This document shows positions 19,285-28,784 of a stretch of 64,000 nucleotides of DNA, piece after piece. This DNA comes from Patescibacteria group bacterium (GTDB lineage: Bacteria > Patescibacteriota > Kazan-3B-28 > UBA10110). A program made the position numbers and the translations under genes. The stretch's first letter is position 1; each line of letters starts with the position of its first letter. The stretch spans positions 7,036-71,035 of the forward strand of contig JAZDKW010000020.1 of NCBI GenBank assembly GCA_043802665.1. Reading direction: 5' to 3'. The notes under the pieces were generated by a model. The model made no database searches. It was not told where the DNA came from and saw nothing but the letters and a program-made list of their open reading frames with translations.

Positions 19285-20302
19285 TCACGCCTAATAGCGC
19301 CATGAAAGCTCCGATAATCCAAAAACGCATCGTTACTTTTGTTTCCGGCCAACCTAATGCTTCGAAATGGTGGTGCAAAGGAGCGATTAGGAACAGCTTT
19401 TTATGGCGAAACTTACGATAAAACAATTGTAGAATATCAGAAACTACTTCCATCATCGGCACAAAAGCAATCAATGGCAAAACCGCCAATCCGACATTGC
19501 TTTGAATCAACATCGCCACCACTCCTAACGTCGCGCCCATAGACAAGGCATACGTATCACCTCCAAAAAACCGAGCCGGATAAATATTAAACCACAGGTA
19601 GGCCAACAAGGCCCCTGCCGCCGTAGCACAAAAGATGGCTAAGCTTATTTGACCATTCAAAAAAGCTAAGATGCCATAAGCCACAAAGGCAATACTCAAT
19701 AGCCCCCCTGACAAACCATCTAAACCATCCGCAATATTAACCGCGTTAGCGGTAGCCAAAATAATAAAAATAAAGATGGGGATATACCACCATCCCACAG
19801 TAATATCCCCATAGGCAGGAATATGGAGACTGTCGATGCCTAATTTAGCAAAAAACCACCAAGCACCTAAAGCCGCTACACCAAATAACCAAGCCATTTT
19901 GTGACGGGCACGCACTCCTTTTATGCCCCCCACTCCCCGGATATTAAACCAATCATCTACCGCTCCTAAAATTCCCACCGCCACCATAAAAAATAGCGGC
20001 AAATAAGTTTGATTACGCGTCAGATTGAACAGCAGTGTAACTATCAAGATTGTTCCCCACACTAACACCCCCGCTAAAGTAGGGATATGGCGGCGATGCT
20101 TCTCGCCGTGCAACTTTTGAAAAACAGTGGCGTAACTACCATATAAGGTTTCTTCTTTGGCTTGTTTCCAAAATTTATACCGATACAAGATGTTACTCCA
20201 AAATGGCGTTGCCGCCATTGCTACAAGGAAAGAAATAACGCCGATAACGAGCGTACGAATTAAATTCCCTTGCTCAGTAATAATCTTAGTTAAATCATTC
20301 AT
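19253..20302 (-). CDS. mraY: phospho-N-acetylmuramoyl-pentapeptide transferase
   Basis: 349 aa; polytopic; MraY motifs (NAVNIADGLDGL, HHHFE). Confidence 0.9.
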   Translation of the reverse strand: MNDLTKIITEQGNLIRTLVIGVISFLVAMAATPFWSNILYRYKFWKQAKEETLYGSYATVFQKLHGEKHRRHIPTLAGVLVWGTILIVTLLFNLTRNQTYLPLFFMVAVGILGAVDDWFNIRGVGGIKGVRARHKMAWLFGVAALGAWWFFAKLGIDSLHIPAYGDITVGWWYIPIFIFIILATANAVNIADGLDGLSGGLLSIAFVAYGILAFLNGQISLAIFCATAAGALLAYLWFNIYPARFFGGDTYALSMGATLGVVAMLIQSNVGLAVLPLIAFVPMMEVVSDILQLFYRKFRHKKLFLIAPLHHHFEALGWPETKVTMRFWIIGAFMALLGVIVGIVGGGPS

Positions 20303-21521
20303 TTAGGTGGTCCTTGAACAAATCTACAATTTTATCCATCCGGAGGGCTCGCGACCCCTTAACCAGTACTATACTATTATCCTGCAAAATAGTGGAGATT
20401 GCATCGGGGGAAAAATCTCGCGCCTGGCCAGGAGGCAATCCAGCCTGGACAGCTGCTTCCTTTATCAAAGCTCCCCCTTTTCCTACAACCCAAAGCTGAT
20501 CTACCGTTTTAGCAGCATATTCCCCTACGCTCCGGTGTCCTTTATCATGAGCACTGCCCAACTCGCGCATTTCTCCTAAAATAGCAACCTTGCGGCGATT
20601 GGCACCCAAGCGAGCCAAACTTCTCAAAGCCGCTGTCACAGAAGTAGGATTAGCGTTGTAGGTATCGTCGATCACTATGATGCCCGCTAACCGGATAACT
20701 TCAAACCTACTCTTTGGCAAAGTATAGCGACTAAGCCGCTTGGCCATAGTATCCCAGGGTACCCCAAAGTAATGTCCCACGGTTAACGCCGTTAAAGCGG
20801 CGTAAACAAATTGGTAGCCATAGACTGGCAAGTCTATCTGGGTGACATGATTATCCGCTCGTGCACTAAAGTGAATACCCCCGCTACCAAAACCAATATC
20901 ACTAGCCCAAACATCGCCTTCTCCTTCAGCACTGATAAAAACTTTTTTAGCAGATGTCTTGCGTGAAATTAATTTACTAAAATCGTCGTCTTTATTAAGG
21001 ATGGCCAGTCCCTTTCGTTTGACATTGGCAATCACCAAACTTTTCTCTTCAACCAATTCCGATTTTGACCCGAAGAACTCCAAATGTACATCACCGATAT
21101 TAGTCAGCACTCCTACTTCTGGAACAATAAACTTCATAAAATAGCTGATATCCCCTGGCCGATCAGCCGCTAATTCTAAAATGAATATTTGCGGATAAGA
21201 ACATTTTCTAACTAATTTTTGGATGGCTAACCATGTTAGCCTCCCCACATCTTGCCAAGTTATTTTAACCCTGCCATCAATTTCAGTGCCGACAAAATCG
21301 GGATCAATAATTGTAGCCGTAACTCCAAATTCGGTATTTAGATTTCCGCGGGTAGCGGCGATATGAGAATCTTCTTTCTGCCCTCGTAGCACCACGAGAA
21401 TAGCCTCTTTTGTGCTAGTTTTTCCGGTACTGCCAGTAATCGCCACAATCCGAGGGTGGTATTTGGCCAAAATTTTAGCGGCCCAGTATCTGAACCAAGT
21501 TTTGAGAAATCTTCTTGCCAT
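20295..21521 (-). CDS. murF: Mur ligase, most likely UDP-MurNAc-tripeptide--D-Ala-D-Ala ligase MurF
   Basis: 408 aa; ITGSTGKTSTKE P-loop; sits between ftsI and mraY. No separate murE is present in the window. Confidence 0.7.
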   Translation of the reverse strand: MARRFLKTWFRYWAAKILAKYHPRIVAITGSTGKTSTKEAILVVLRGQKEDSHIAATRGNLNTEFGVTATIIDPDFVGTEIDGRVKITWQDVGRLTWLAIQKLVRKCSYPQIFILELAADRPGDISYFMKFIVPEVGVLTNIGDVHLEFFGSKSELVEEKSLVIANVKRKGLAILNKDDDFSKLISRKTSAKKVFISAEGEGDVWASDIGFGSGGIHFSARADNHVTQIDLPVYGYQFVYAALTALTVGHYFGVPWDTMAKRLSRYTLPKSRFEVIRLAGIIVIDDTYNANPTSVTAALRSLARLGANRRKVAILGEMRELGSAHDKGHRSVGEYAAKTVDQLWVVGKGGALIKEAAVQAGLPPGQARDFSPDAISTILQDNSIVLVKGSRALRMDKIVDLFKDHLNE

Positions 21522-21536
21522 TGATTATACTATATC

Positions 21537-23249
21537 TTATTTATCCGGAGGGATCTGCCAATAATCAAACAGGAATTTAGCGATATCACTAAATAACGGG
21601 GCAGCGGAAACCTCTGCAAATTTAGCATCCTTGGGACGATCGATGCGTGTCAGCATAACAAACCGCGGATTGTCCACCGGAGCAAACCCAACAAAAGTGC
21701 CAATGCTGACATTTTTCTCATAACCACCCGGGGAAGCAATCTGGGCGGTCCCAGTTTTGCCAGCTATGCGGTATCCAGGCACACCAGCCAATTGACCATG
21801 GCCACGTTCAACTACGCTCACCATCATCGCCCCCACCAATTGAGCTGTCTGCGGTTTCATCGCCACTCGTACTACTTGAGTATCTATAGAAGCCGCTCCG
21901 CCAGGATAAATAATTTTATCAACAATATGCGGTTTAACTAATTTACCCTGGTTAGCAATCGCGCCGACAGCCGCTATCAGCTGTATGGGAGTTACGGCTA
22001 CTGCTTGGCCAAATGACATTGAAGCCAAGTCAATATCCGCCCATTCTCGGAATGACCGGACAGATGCCGCTATCTCCCCATCTAAACCAACATTAGTGGA
22101 GGCATCAAACCCTAAATCTTTCAGGTATTTATAGAAAAGTTGACGCCCCAACTTTTGCACCACAAAAGTAGCTCCCGTGTTTAGTGATTTTTCTAACACT
22201 TGGGTCATTGTCTGCACACCATACGCCGCTAAATCAGAGTTGCGTACTACGTCATCGTCAATTTTTACCTCTCCCGTATCAACATATGTAGTGCTTGGGG
22301 AGATTAACCCTGTATCTATTCCGGCCGCGATAGTAAATATTTTAAATACCGATCCCGGCTCGTAAGCTAAAGACACATTTGGATTGGCAAAGTTTTCTAA
22401 GGAATATTGGTTGTAATAATTGGGGTTAAAGTCAGGATAGGACGCCATAGCGATAATGCGACCGGTGGTTGGTTCCATAATAATAACGTCACCCCCAGTG
22501 GCTTCGTGTTTTTCTACTGCCTCTTTTAATTTCTTCTCCACATAATACTGGATTGCTCGATCGATGGTCAAAACGATATCGGCTCCATCTTCCGGATTAA
22601 CAATCTTGCGATTTCCCACAGTAATATGCGATCCCAATGAGCTCTTTTCTACCTGTTCCAACCCAGCCTTTCCACTAAGCTCCTGATCAAAATAACCCTC
22701 AATCCCATACTGGCCCAACTGATCTCTGTTCACAAACCCTAACACTTGAGAGGCTAAGCTGTCTTCCGGATAATAGCGGTATTCTTCCGACCGAAAATAG
22801 ACACCATCCAAGTTTAGATTTTGGATCTCTTCTTTTTCTTTCACCTCCACCCTTCGCTTCAAAGGCGGTGCATAAACCTTATTTGATTCGAGAATATCCA
22901 GTAGCTCCGCCTCAGTGATATCGAACAAATAAGGCATTAGTTTATTGGCGACCAACTCTGGTTGCTTAACTTGAGTGGGGACTACATTCAAACTATACAA
23001 AGCCACATTAACAGCTAAAGGATAGTAACTGTTAAGTTGGGGGTCATAAACCAAAATCTTGCCACGAGGAGCCGGAGTATTTTCATTTACCACATGCTGT
23101 TCACGGGCTAAGGCCGCGAAATTAGTGTACTCAATAATTTGCCGTTGGAAAATCTTGCCTATAACCAGGGCAAGGAAAACGGCAAAGAAAAGAGTTAACA
23201 CATTAAGCCGATGTAGCTGTAGTGACTCATTTAATGCGTTATAAGCCAT
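21537..23249 (-). CDS. ftsI: penicillin-binding transpeptidase FtsI/PBP2 class
   Basis: 570 aa; SxxK (GSVFK), SxN (KSLNTG) and KTG (GKTGTA) motifs; N-terminal TM. Confidence 0.9.
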   Translation of the reverse strand: MAYNALNESLQLHRLNVLTLFFAVFLALVIGKIFQRQIIEYTNFAALAREQHVVNENTPAPRGKILVYDPQLNSYYPLAVNVALYSLNVVPTQVKQPELVANKLMPYLFDITEAELLDILESNKVYAPPLKRRVEVKEKEEIQNLNLDGVYFRSEEYRYYPEDSLASQVLGFVNRDQLGQYGIEGYFDQELSGKAGLEQVEKSSLGSHITVGNRKIVNPEDGADIVLTIDRAIQYYVEKKLKEAVEKHEATGGDVIIMEPTTGRIIAMASYPDFNPNYYNQYSLENFANPNVSLAYEPGSVFKIFTIAAGIDTGLISPSTTYVDTGEVKIDDDVVRNSDLAAYGVQTMTQVLEKSLNTGATFVVQKLGRQLFYKYLKDLGFDASTNVGLDGEIAASVRSFREWADIDLASMSFGQAVAVTPIQLIAAVGAIANQGKLVKPHIVDKIIYPGGAASIDTQVVRVAMKPQTAQLVGAMMVSVVERGHGQLAGVPGYRIAGKTGTAQIASPGGYEKNVSIGTFVGFAPVDNPRFVMLTRIDRPKDAKFAEVSAAPLFSDIAKFLFDYWQIPPDK

Positions 23250-23374
23250 AAGATTATTATAACAATACCCTCTATTTTTTCCTGGAGAATCCCCTCGCTA
23301 AGCTCAACCTAATTACCTTTAACTAAAGCACGCCTGCTTACGCTTTCAGTCGCTTAATCTAAAAATAACTGAAA

Positions 23375-23836
23375 TTATTTTTGAGCCAAAGGGCCACTCG
23401 TGTCTTCCAGATAAGTCAACGAACCTATCTGTATCATTTTCGGGACATAAGTAGTTTGATTGGCTGGTTCTATTTGATCCGTGGAAGATTCTGTAGCAGG
23501 CTTTGTCCGTCCAGTGGGCTGACCATTGTCCCCTATTTCAATCTGTTCAGTTGCACCCTTTTCAATCACGGCTAATGATTGTAGCCGGGCCGCTTCTACC
23601 GCCAATCTTTCGTTCTCAGCCGCTAATCCTTTCTTGGTCAAATCTAAGGTATGGATTTGGGCCCCCTTGGTTGAAACTACATTGATAATAACGATGTACG
23701 AGCAGGTCAAAACTACAAACAGTACCAAGGATATTGAAGTAACTGAAATTGCCCCCCATTTAATTTTGTTGAACTTACGAAAACGGACTGCTTCCTTTGA
23801 TTTAATACCGCCTTGTTTGGGAGACCAACTTGCCAT
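23375..23836 (-). CDS. ftsL: FtsL-like cell division protein
   Basis: 153 aa; one TM helix plus coiled-coil; lies between rsmH and ftsI. Confidence 0.5.
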   Translation of the reverse strand: MASWSPKQGGIKSKEAVRFRKFNKIKWGAISVTSISLVLFVVLTCSYIVIINVVSTKGAQIHTLDLTKKGLAAENERLAVEAARLQSLAVIEKGATEQIEIGDNGQPTGRTKPATESSTDQIEPANQTTYVPKMIQIGSLTYLEDTSGPLAQK

Positions 23837-23845
23837 AACAAATTT

Positions 23846-24739
23846 TTATATTTTCTCAATAACTCGTAGCTTAGCACTTCGGGCCCGGGGATTGCTGTGA
23901 ATCTCGTCCGGGGTAGGCACAACTGGCTTTTTGGTGATCAATTTCACTAATTCAGCCCGTGCTTGGTCACGAAAAACATTTTTCACAATTCGATCCTCTA
24001 AAGAATGGTAACTGATGACTGCCAATCTGCCTCCCTGATTCAAGCAAGCTATCGCCCGCGGTAACGCTGTGGTCAATAAGCCTAATTCGTCATTAACGGC
24101 GATTCTTAGAGCTTGAAAAGTTTGAGTGGCTGGGTGAATCCTACCGTGCCGGCCGCCTTTGGCGGTGGCTACAATATCGGCTAATTCACCAGTAGAAGTA
24201 ATTTTCTCTCTCCGCCGGGCAGTAAAGATAGCATCAGCAATTTTGCGACTGGCTCGTTCTTCTCCAAACTCCCAAATTATCCGGGCCAGCTCTTCTTTCG
24301 GATAGGAATTAACAATTTCAGCGGCCGTAAGCTCCTGATTGGCATCAAAACGCATATCTAAAGGTGCATCTTCTTTAAAGGAAAAACCTCGCCTCCCACT
24401 TAACTGGCGAGACGATAAACCCAGGTCAAATAATATTGCGTCAACTCGCTTATGTCCATGCTCTTTAATGAGGTCACCAAGATCATTGTAATTGCCAGGG
24501 ATAACAACCAGTTCAACTTTCGATTTTTGAGAAGATAATTTTTCATAAGCACTTTCTACTGCTTCCGAGTCGCGATCCAATCCAAGGAAAAACCCTCCCG
24601 GGCTAATCTGGGGGAGAATTTTAGTGGCATGCCCGCCACCCCCCACTGTGGCATCTACCACTGCTTCACCGGGACGCAAGTCCATCAGCGCAATAGCTTC
24701 TTCCACCAGCACTGGAATATGAATTAAATGGATTTCCAA
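23846..24739 (-). CDS. rsmH: 16S rRNA (cytosine1402-N4)-methyltransferase
   Basis: 297 aa; SAM motif DATVGGGGHA. Confidence 0.9.
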   Translation of the reverse strand: MEIHLIHIPVLVEEAIALMDLRPGEAVVDATVGGGGHATKILPQISPGGFFLGLDRDSEAVESAYEKLSSQKSKVELVVIPGNYNDLGDLIKEHGHKRVDAILFDLGLSSRQLSGRRGFSFKEDAPLDMRFDANQELTAAEIVNSYPKEELARIIWEFGEERASRKIADAIFTARRREKITSTGELADIVATAKGGRHGRIHPATQTFQALRIAVNDELGLLTTALPRAIACLNQGGRLAVISYHSLEDRIVKNVFRDQARAELVKLITKKPVVPTPDEIHSNPRARSAKLRVIEKI

Positions 24740-24906
24740 ATTATTAAAACTGATAAAATTGTCATCGGTAGTCCGCGCAGGAAGGCATTCTTTTTTGTTC
24801 CCTTGGGTGGAGGGAAAATTTCACTTAGGAGGTGAAAATTGTTGGCTAATTGTTGCACAATAATGACAAATTGTCGCCTTCCTGCAGACTACCCCGTAAA
24901 TAAGAA

Positions 24907-25329
24907 TTAAATGAACAGCTGCTCGACAAGAGTTTCGCTCTCTTTTTCAGTAGATTCTTTGTATTCTTGCCAGACTTTTGCATCCCAAATTTCTATACGA
25001 CTCAAAAGTCCAGCAACAATTATGGCACGATTTAGATTAGCATAATCCATCAAATATTTTGGCAAAATGATCCGACCCTGTTTATCCAGTCCCACTTCCA
25101 TCGCTCCCGCTAAAATTAAACGAGAAAAGGCTCGGGCGCTTTTTTGGGAGATCGGTGTGCTATTTAGCTTATCTACCAATTTTTGCCATTCGGTCAAAGT
25201 ATAAAGGAACAGACAACCATCTAAACCCTTTGTGACAACCGCTCCGCCCGCTAAATCAGCACGGAACTTGATGGGAATTGCCAGCCTACTCTTTTCATCA
25301 ATTGTGTGTGAATACTCGCCAATAAACAT
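24907..25329 (-). CDS. mraZ: transcriptional regulator MraZ
   Basis: 140 aa; duplicated MraZ half-domains; first gene of the dcw cluster. Confidence 0.9.
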   Translation of the reverse strand: MFIGEYSHTIDEKSRLAIPIKFRADLAGGAVVTKGLDGCLFLYTLTEWQKLVDKLNSTPISQKSARAFSRLILAGAMEVGLDKQGRIILPKYLMDYANLNRAIIVAGLLSRIEIWDAKVWQEYKESTEKESETLVEQLFI

Positions 25330-25642
25330 TTATCCACTTTTAATCTCCACTTATCCCCACCCTTCTCCACATCGTTATTATTATAAACCACACCAACCCA
25401 TTGGCAACCATTAGATATCCCCACTAAATGAAAATTGGCTCTGGAAGCCAAGACTTTTTAAATTTATTATTGCCAAACCCGACTATTTGGATTGTAGACT
25501 TACAATAGGGCTCTCTATTACCTATCTTAATACCGAAGGTGGTACCTTTTGACATCCATATCATCTACCCTCTGACTGGCTGGGTGGCTATTATTACTCT
25601 AATTCTATAAAATATAAGTGTTAATAGGATAACCTTTTATTT

Positions 25643-26377
25643 ATGAAAAAATCGCGACCTTCTTTAAGCACTGAAGCTCTGGCAGTAATACTGTTGGTAT
25701 TAGTTTCTGCCGGATTAACTTGGGCCAATACCACCAATAACACCGTCTCCTCTGCAGTAACTTGGCCCGGTATGACCTCCGATACTTTCACTATCCCTTC
25801 TGGGATAAATACGGACAACACAACCAGCTCCAGCACCAGCGGTTGTTGTAGCAAACGCGTGGTTAATGGCAAAACCAGTGGAATTTGTGTTAAAGGCACC
25901 GGTTGTCCCAGCAACAATCAATGTTCCAATATCGGCGGGGCTTGTAGTAACTACAGCGGCAGTGGCGGATCTGGAGGATCTGGCGGTGGCACTACTCCCA
26001 CTCCCTCTACCCCCACCACCCCAACCCCCACTCCGGTTGACCCCGACCATGATGGTAAACATTGGGCCTGCGTTCCTGTTAGTTATGGAACGATAGCCTA
26101 CAAATGCGTGGAAGTCAACGGAGAAGCTGAAGATACTTGCGGAGAAGAAAAAGGCCCTTGTCTAAACAAGCCCGCTGGCACTCCCGCTGATTATTATTAC
26201 ACTTGCCGAGCAAACAAATGTGTAGCCGTTGCTAATATACCAGGACAATTACCTGGCAGAAGCAGTTGTAGTAGTGATACAGATTGTACCAAAAACGTTT
26301 TTACCTCTGTAGGCAATAGCATCGGCAATTTCTTCGGCATGATTTGGTCTACTGTTCTTTCTTGGTTTGGTCGCTAA
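25643..26377 (+). CDS. secreted Cys-rich protein with a GS/TP-rich linker
   Basis: 244 aa; signal/anchor then ~20 Cys and a (GSG)n(TPTPS)n linker. Confidence 0.55.
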   Translation: MKKSRPSLSTEALAVILLVLVSAGLTWANTTNNTVSSAVTWPGMTSDTFTIPSGINTDNTTSSSTSGCCSKRVVNGKTSGICVKGTGCPSNNQCSNIGGACSNYSGSGGSGGSGGGTTPTPSTPTTPTPTPVDPDHDGKHWACVPVSYGTIAYKCVEVNGEAEDTCGEEKGPCLNKPAGTPADYYYTCRANKCVAVANIPGQLPGRSSCSSDTDCTKNVFTSVGNSIGNFFGMIWSTVLSWFGR

Positions 26378-26422
26378 TTATCGGGGTTTTAATAATGGGG
26401 ATCGTCCCCTTCTACCTTCCCA

Positions 26423-26462
26423 ACGGCTCTCCGATGAGTATCGGAGAGCCGTTGCTTTTTTG
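26423..26462 (+). terminator. rho-independent terminator
   Basis: AACGGCTCTCCGATgagtATCGGAGAGCCGTT followed by a T-run. Confidence 0.7.
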
Positions 26463-26474
26463 TTTGGTGTATTA

Positions 26475-26501
26475 AAAAACCCGCATTTCAGCGGGGTTTT
26501 T
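26475..26501. terminator. bidirectional terminator hairpin
   Basis: AAAAAACCCGCatttcaGCGGGGTTTTT. Confidence 0.65.
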
Positions 26502-26610
26502 AAAATAAAAGAAAACATTCGGTGGGCACCTAATTGGGTGGATAACAGACCCACCCTGCTACTTCCTGACATGGTCGTCTGGAATGGTGCGTACTTCAGG
26601 GATCCCAGGT

Positions 26611-26793
26611 TCACAACAAGCTCCACCAGCCAAAGGTGGCTCCTCCCAGTATGGCACCTCCGCCAAAGATAAAAGCTATTCCGATGAGAGTGGGACCCAA
26701 CTCTTTTTTGGTGGTGCCGATTACCATGAGGATAAGACCAAGAATAAGAACAGCGGCTCCGAAGATTTGAGCGGATGACTCGAAGAATGACAT
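26611..26793 (-). CDS. small glycine-zipper membrane protein (60 aa)
   Basis: Perfect SD AAGGAGGAA 4 nt before the ATG; two hydrophobic helices with GxxxG runs. Confidence 0.6.
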   Translation of the reverse strand: MSFFESSAQIFGAAVLILGLILMVIGTTKKELGPTLIGIAFIFGGGAILGGATFGWWSLL

Positions 26794-26820
26794 TTCTTCC
26801 TCCTTAAGGTGCGACTACTT

Positions 26821-26881
26821 TTTCTCTATCTCCGTCCTAAAGACAGAAACAGGGAGAAAGGCCAATGCGAGAAGCATTGGC
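26821..26881. repeat. structured ~62-nt repeat, copy 1: TTTCTCTATCTC-CGTCCTAAAGACAGAAA-CAGGGAGAAAG-GCCAATGC(gagaa)GCATTGGC
   Basis: Read directly; 4 copies in 1.6 kb. Confidence 0.7.
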
Positions 26882-26905
26882 GGATGAATTTCTGACACAG
26901 GATGA

Positions 26906-27145
26906 TTAGGACTTTATGAATGCATCGTATTCCGGGCGACCGAATAGCTCCACTGTGAGAAAGTTAAAGCCGCCTTTGCAGCTAGGGCAAAGATTTAATT
27001 TAGCTAGCTCCTTATAGAGAACGATCGCTGCTTTTCGTTCCGGACTACCGTTAGGAGCATTCTTGGCGGCACAAAGGATTTTTTTGCCTTTCTCTTGAAG
27101 CTCCGATTTGTGTCCGCAGGTGCACTTATTATTTTTTCCTACCAT
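26906..27145 (-). CDS. small zinc-ribbon-like protein (79 aa; CxC...CxxC)
   Basis: SD GGAGGAGAAACC immediately before the ATG. Confidence 0.55.
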   Translation of the reverse strand: MVGKNNKCTCGHKSELQEKGKKILCAAKNAPNGSPERKAAIVLYKELAKLNLCPSCKGGFNFLTVELFGRPEYDAFIKS

Positions 27146-27385
27146 GGTTTCTCCTCCAGAGAAAACAACAAGGGTTACAAGCCCTTTTGCTGCCGGATCA
27201 CTCGCAGAGATGCGCCTTCAGTAAAGACAATAAGATATATATGGGTGTCAATCCATATACAGAGATTATCGCTTTACCTACTCAACCACATCTGTGTGCC
27301 TGATTAGATCCGATGATACTGGACAAGCAATCCAGTCCCTTTCCAGGGGGTTCTATTTGAATGACTTTATTTTCAAGATACGATT

Positions 27386-27449
27386 CTTTCTCTCTATCTC
27401 AATCGGGTTGATTGGGACAGGGAGAAAGGCCAATGCTTCTTGCATTGGC
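27386..27449. repeat. structured repeat, copy 2: CTTTCTCTCTATCTC-AATCGGGTTGATTGGGA-CAGGGAGAAAG-GCCAATGC(ttctt)GCATTGGC
   Basis: Read directly. Confidence 0.7.
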
Positions 27450-27680
27450 CAGGAGAACTTATGCATGGTCTCTCCTGGTAACCATATAACGGCGCACCGT
27501 CTCACGCCCCATCTATATACGTACAACGTTATTCCGGCTTCTCCATATGGGTTTTTGTTTATTTGTACCCACATGGTGGAACTAACTGTATATACGATGG
27601 ACTTACGATGCACCGTAAGAAGAAACTGGGCCAAATAAAGCAGGGGTTTGCCTGCTTGGATTTTTGATGTGAAAGTACAA

Positions 27681-27744
27681 TCTTTCTCTCTATCTCAATC
27701 GGGTTGATTGGGACAGGGAGAAAGGCCAATGCAAGGCATTGGCG
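27681..27744. repeat. structured repeat, copy 3 (same variant as copy 2; loop AAG)
   Basis: Read directly. Confidence 0.7.
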
Positions 27745-27764
27745 CTGGGAAGAGCAATTAAATT

Positions 27765-28190
27765 TCAAAATGTAGTGTGCTTCGCTTCCGCAATGAGCTC
27801 ATTCTCGCCCGTCATGTCCAACAGCTTGTCAAAGCTATCGGGGAACCCTGTCTGGAATTTAATCCAGTCTTGGGGCATCAGATACACATGACGCCCATCG
27901 TGAGGGTACATCCCGCATTGACCATTGGACATTAGGATAAGGGCTTTTCTAGTGACATCTTCTTCAATCACCTGGATCATGCCTCGGCAATCGAGACAAC
28001 CCTCTCCAGAATCCACGATGACGTAGTCGAGGGATTCGGAAGAAAACACATTTACGCATTCCTCGTGGACTTGAAATCCGAGAAAATTACCTTTGCTACC
28101 AGCGACAGGGCCCCTTATATTGGCAGTGAGTTTTTCCCATTTACCTTCAGGGAATGTCATGGATGCCATGGATGTCATAACTGATTTCAT
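27765..28190 (-). CDS. hypothetical protein (141 aa)
   Basis: SD GGGAGGAGAAAA before the ATG; no recognisable motif. Confidence 0.55.
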   Translation of the reverse strand: MKSVMTSMASMTFPEGKWEKLTANIRGPVAGSKGNFLGFQVHEECVNVFSSESLDYVIVDSGEGCLDCRGMIQVIEEDVTRKALILMSNGQCGMYPHDGRHVYLMPQDWIKFQTGFPDSFDKLLDMTGENELIAEAKHTTF

Positions 28191-28345
28191 TTTTCTCCTC
28201 CCAGAGAAGCTCAGTTTATTTACTGGTCATGAGCTTGACCAGGCCAGCTTATATCCATAAACAGTAATTTAGATGGATATACATGCAAGGCATGTATATC
28301 AGACGTAAGCTGTTATGGAGTGGCATAAATTTTTAAGGAACTATT

Positions 28346-28410
28346 CCTTTCTCTCTATCTCCGTCCTAAAGACAGAAACAGGGAGAAAGGCCAATGCAGA
28401 GTACATTGGC
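28346..28410. repeat. structured repeat, copy 4 (same variant as copy 1; hairpin GCCAATG(cagagta)CATTGGC)
   Basis: Read directly. Confidence 0.7.
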
Positions 28411-28728
28411 ACCGACCAGTTGAGGAGGAGAATTTTTTCAGGGATAGGCATCTCCTCGTAACCATTTTTTGTTAGCTACAGCTAACCCCTTCGCTGTCTA
28501 CATGGTGATACATGGGTATGAGTGATATACTCACTCTGCCCATATAGCCCATGGCTGATCAGCATAATAATAATGACTCTTTTGCTTAAGGTACTTGTGA
28601 TGGATTAGTGGCTCTCAGAGCTAACTTTGTCCATCAACGTTAAGCCGAGTATACGCCCGACTACGATTTTTGTCAATTTGAATTATCTCTTAGTTGGCTT
28701 TTGCTCGTCTGACATTGGTAATTATATC

Positions 28729-28784
28729 TGTCAAAATTGTCAAAGAGTATTGACAGATTAAACAAATAAGAGTAAAATGTAACT
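28729..28784 (+). promoter_or_regulatory. sigma70-type promoter for the TrmB-like gene: TTGACA (28750-28755), 17-bp spacer, TAAAAT (28773-28778). The -35 is overlapped by the palindrome TGTCAA-agagta-TTGACA, with a third TGTCAA half-site upstream. The ATG lies 6 nt after the -10, so the mRNA is leaderless.
   Basis: Read directly. Confidence 0.6.

Noticed and set aside
27353-27768. ORFs 27353-27634 and 27559-27768 on the - strand, sharing the peptide LAFLPVPINPIEIERK
   Set aside because: The shared peptide is simply the translation of the structured repeat (copies 2 and 3). Neither ORF has an SD, unlike the neighbouring genuine small genes.
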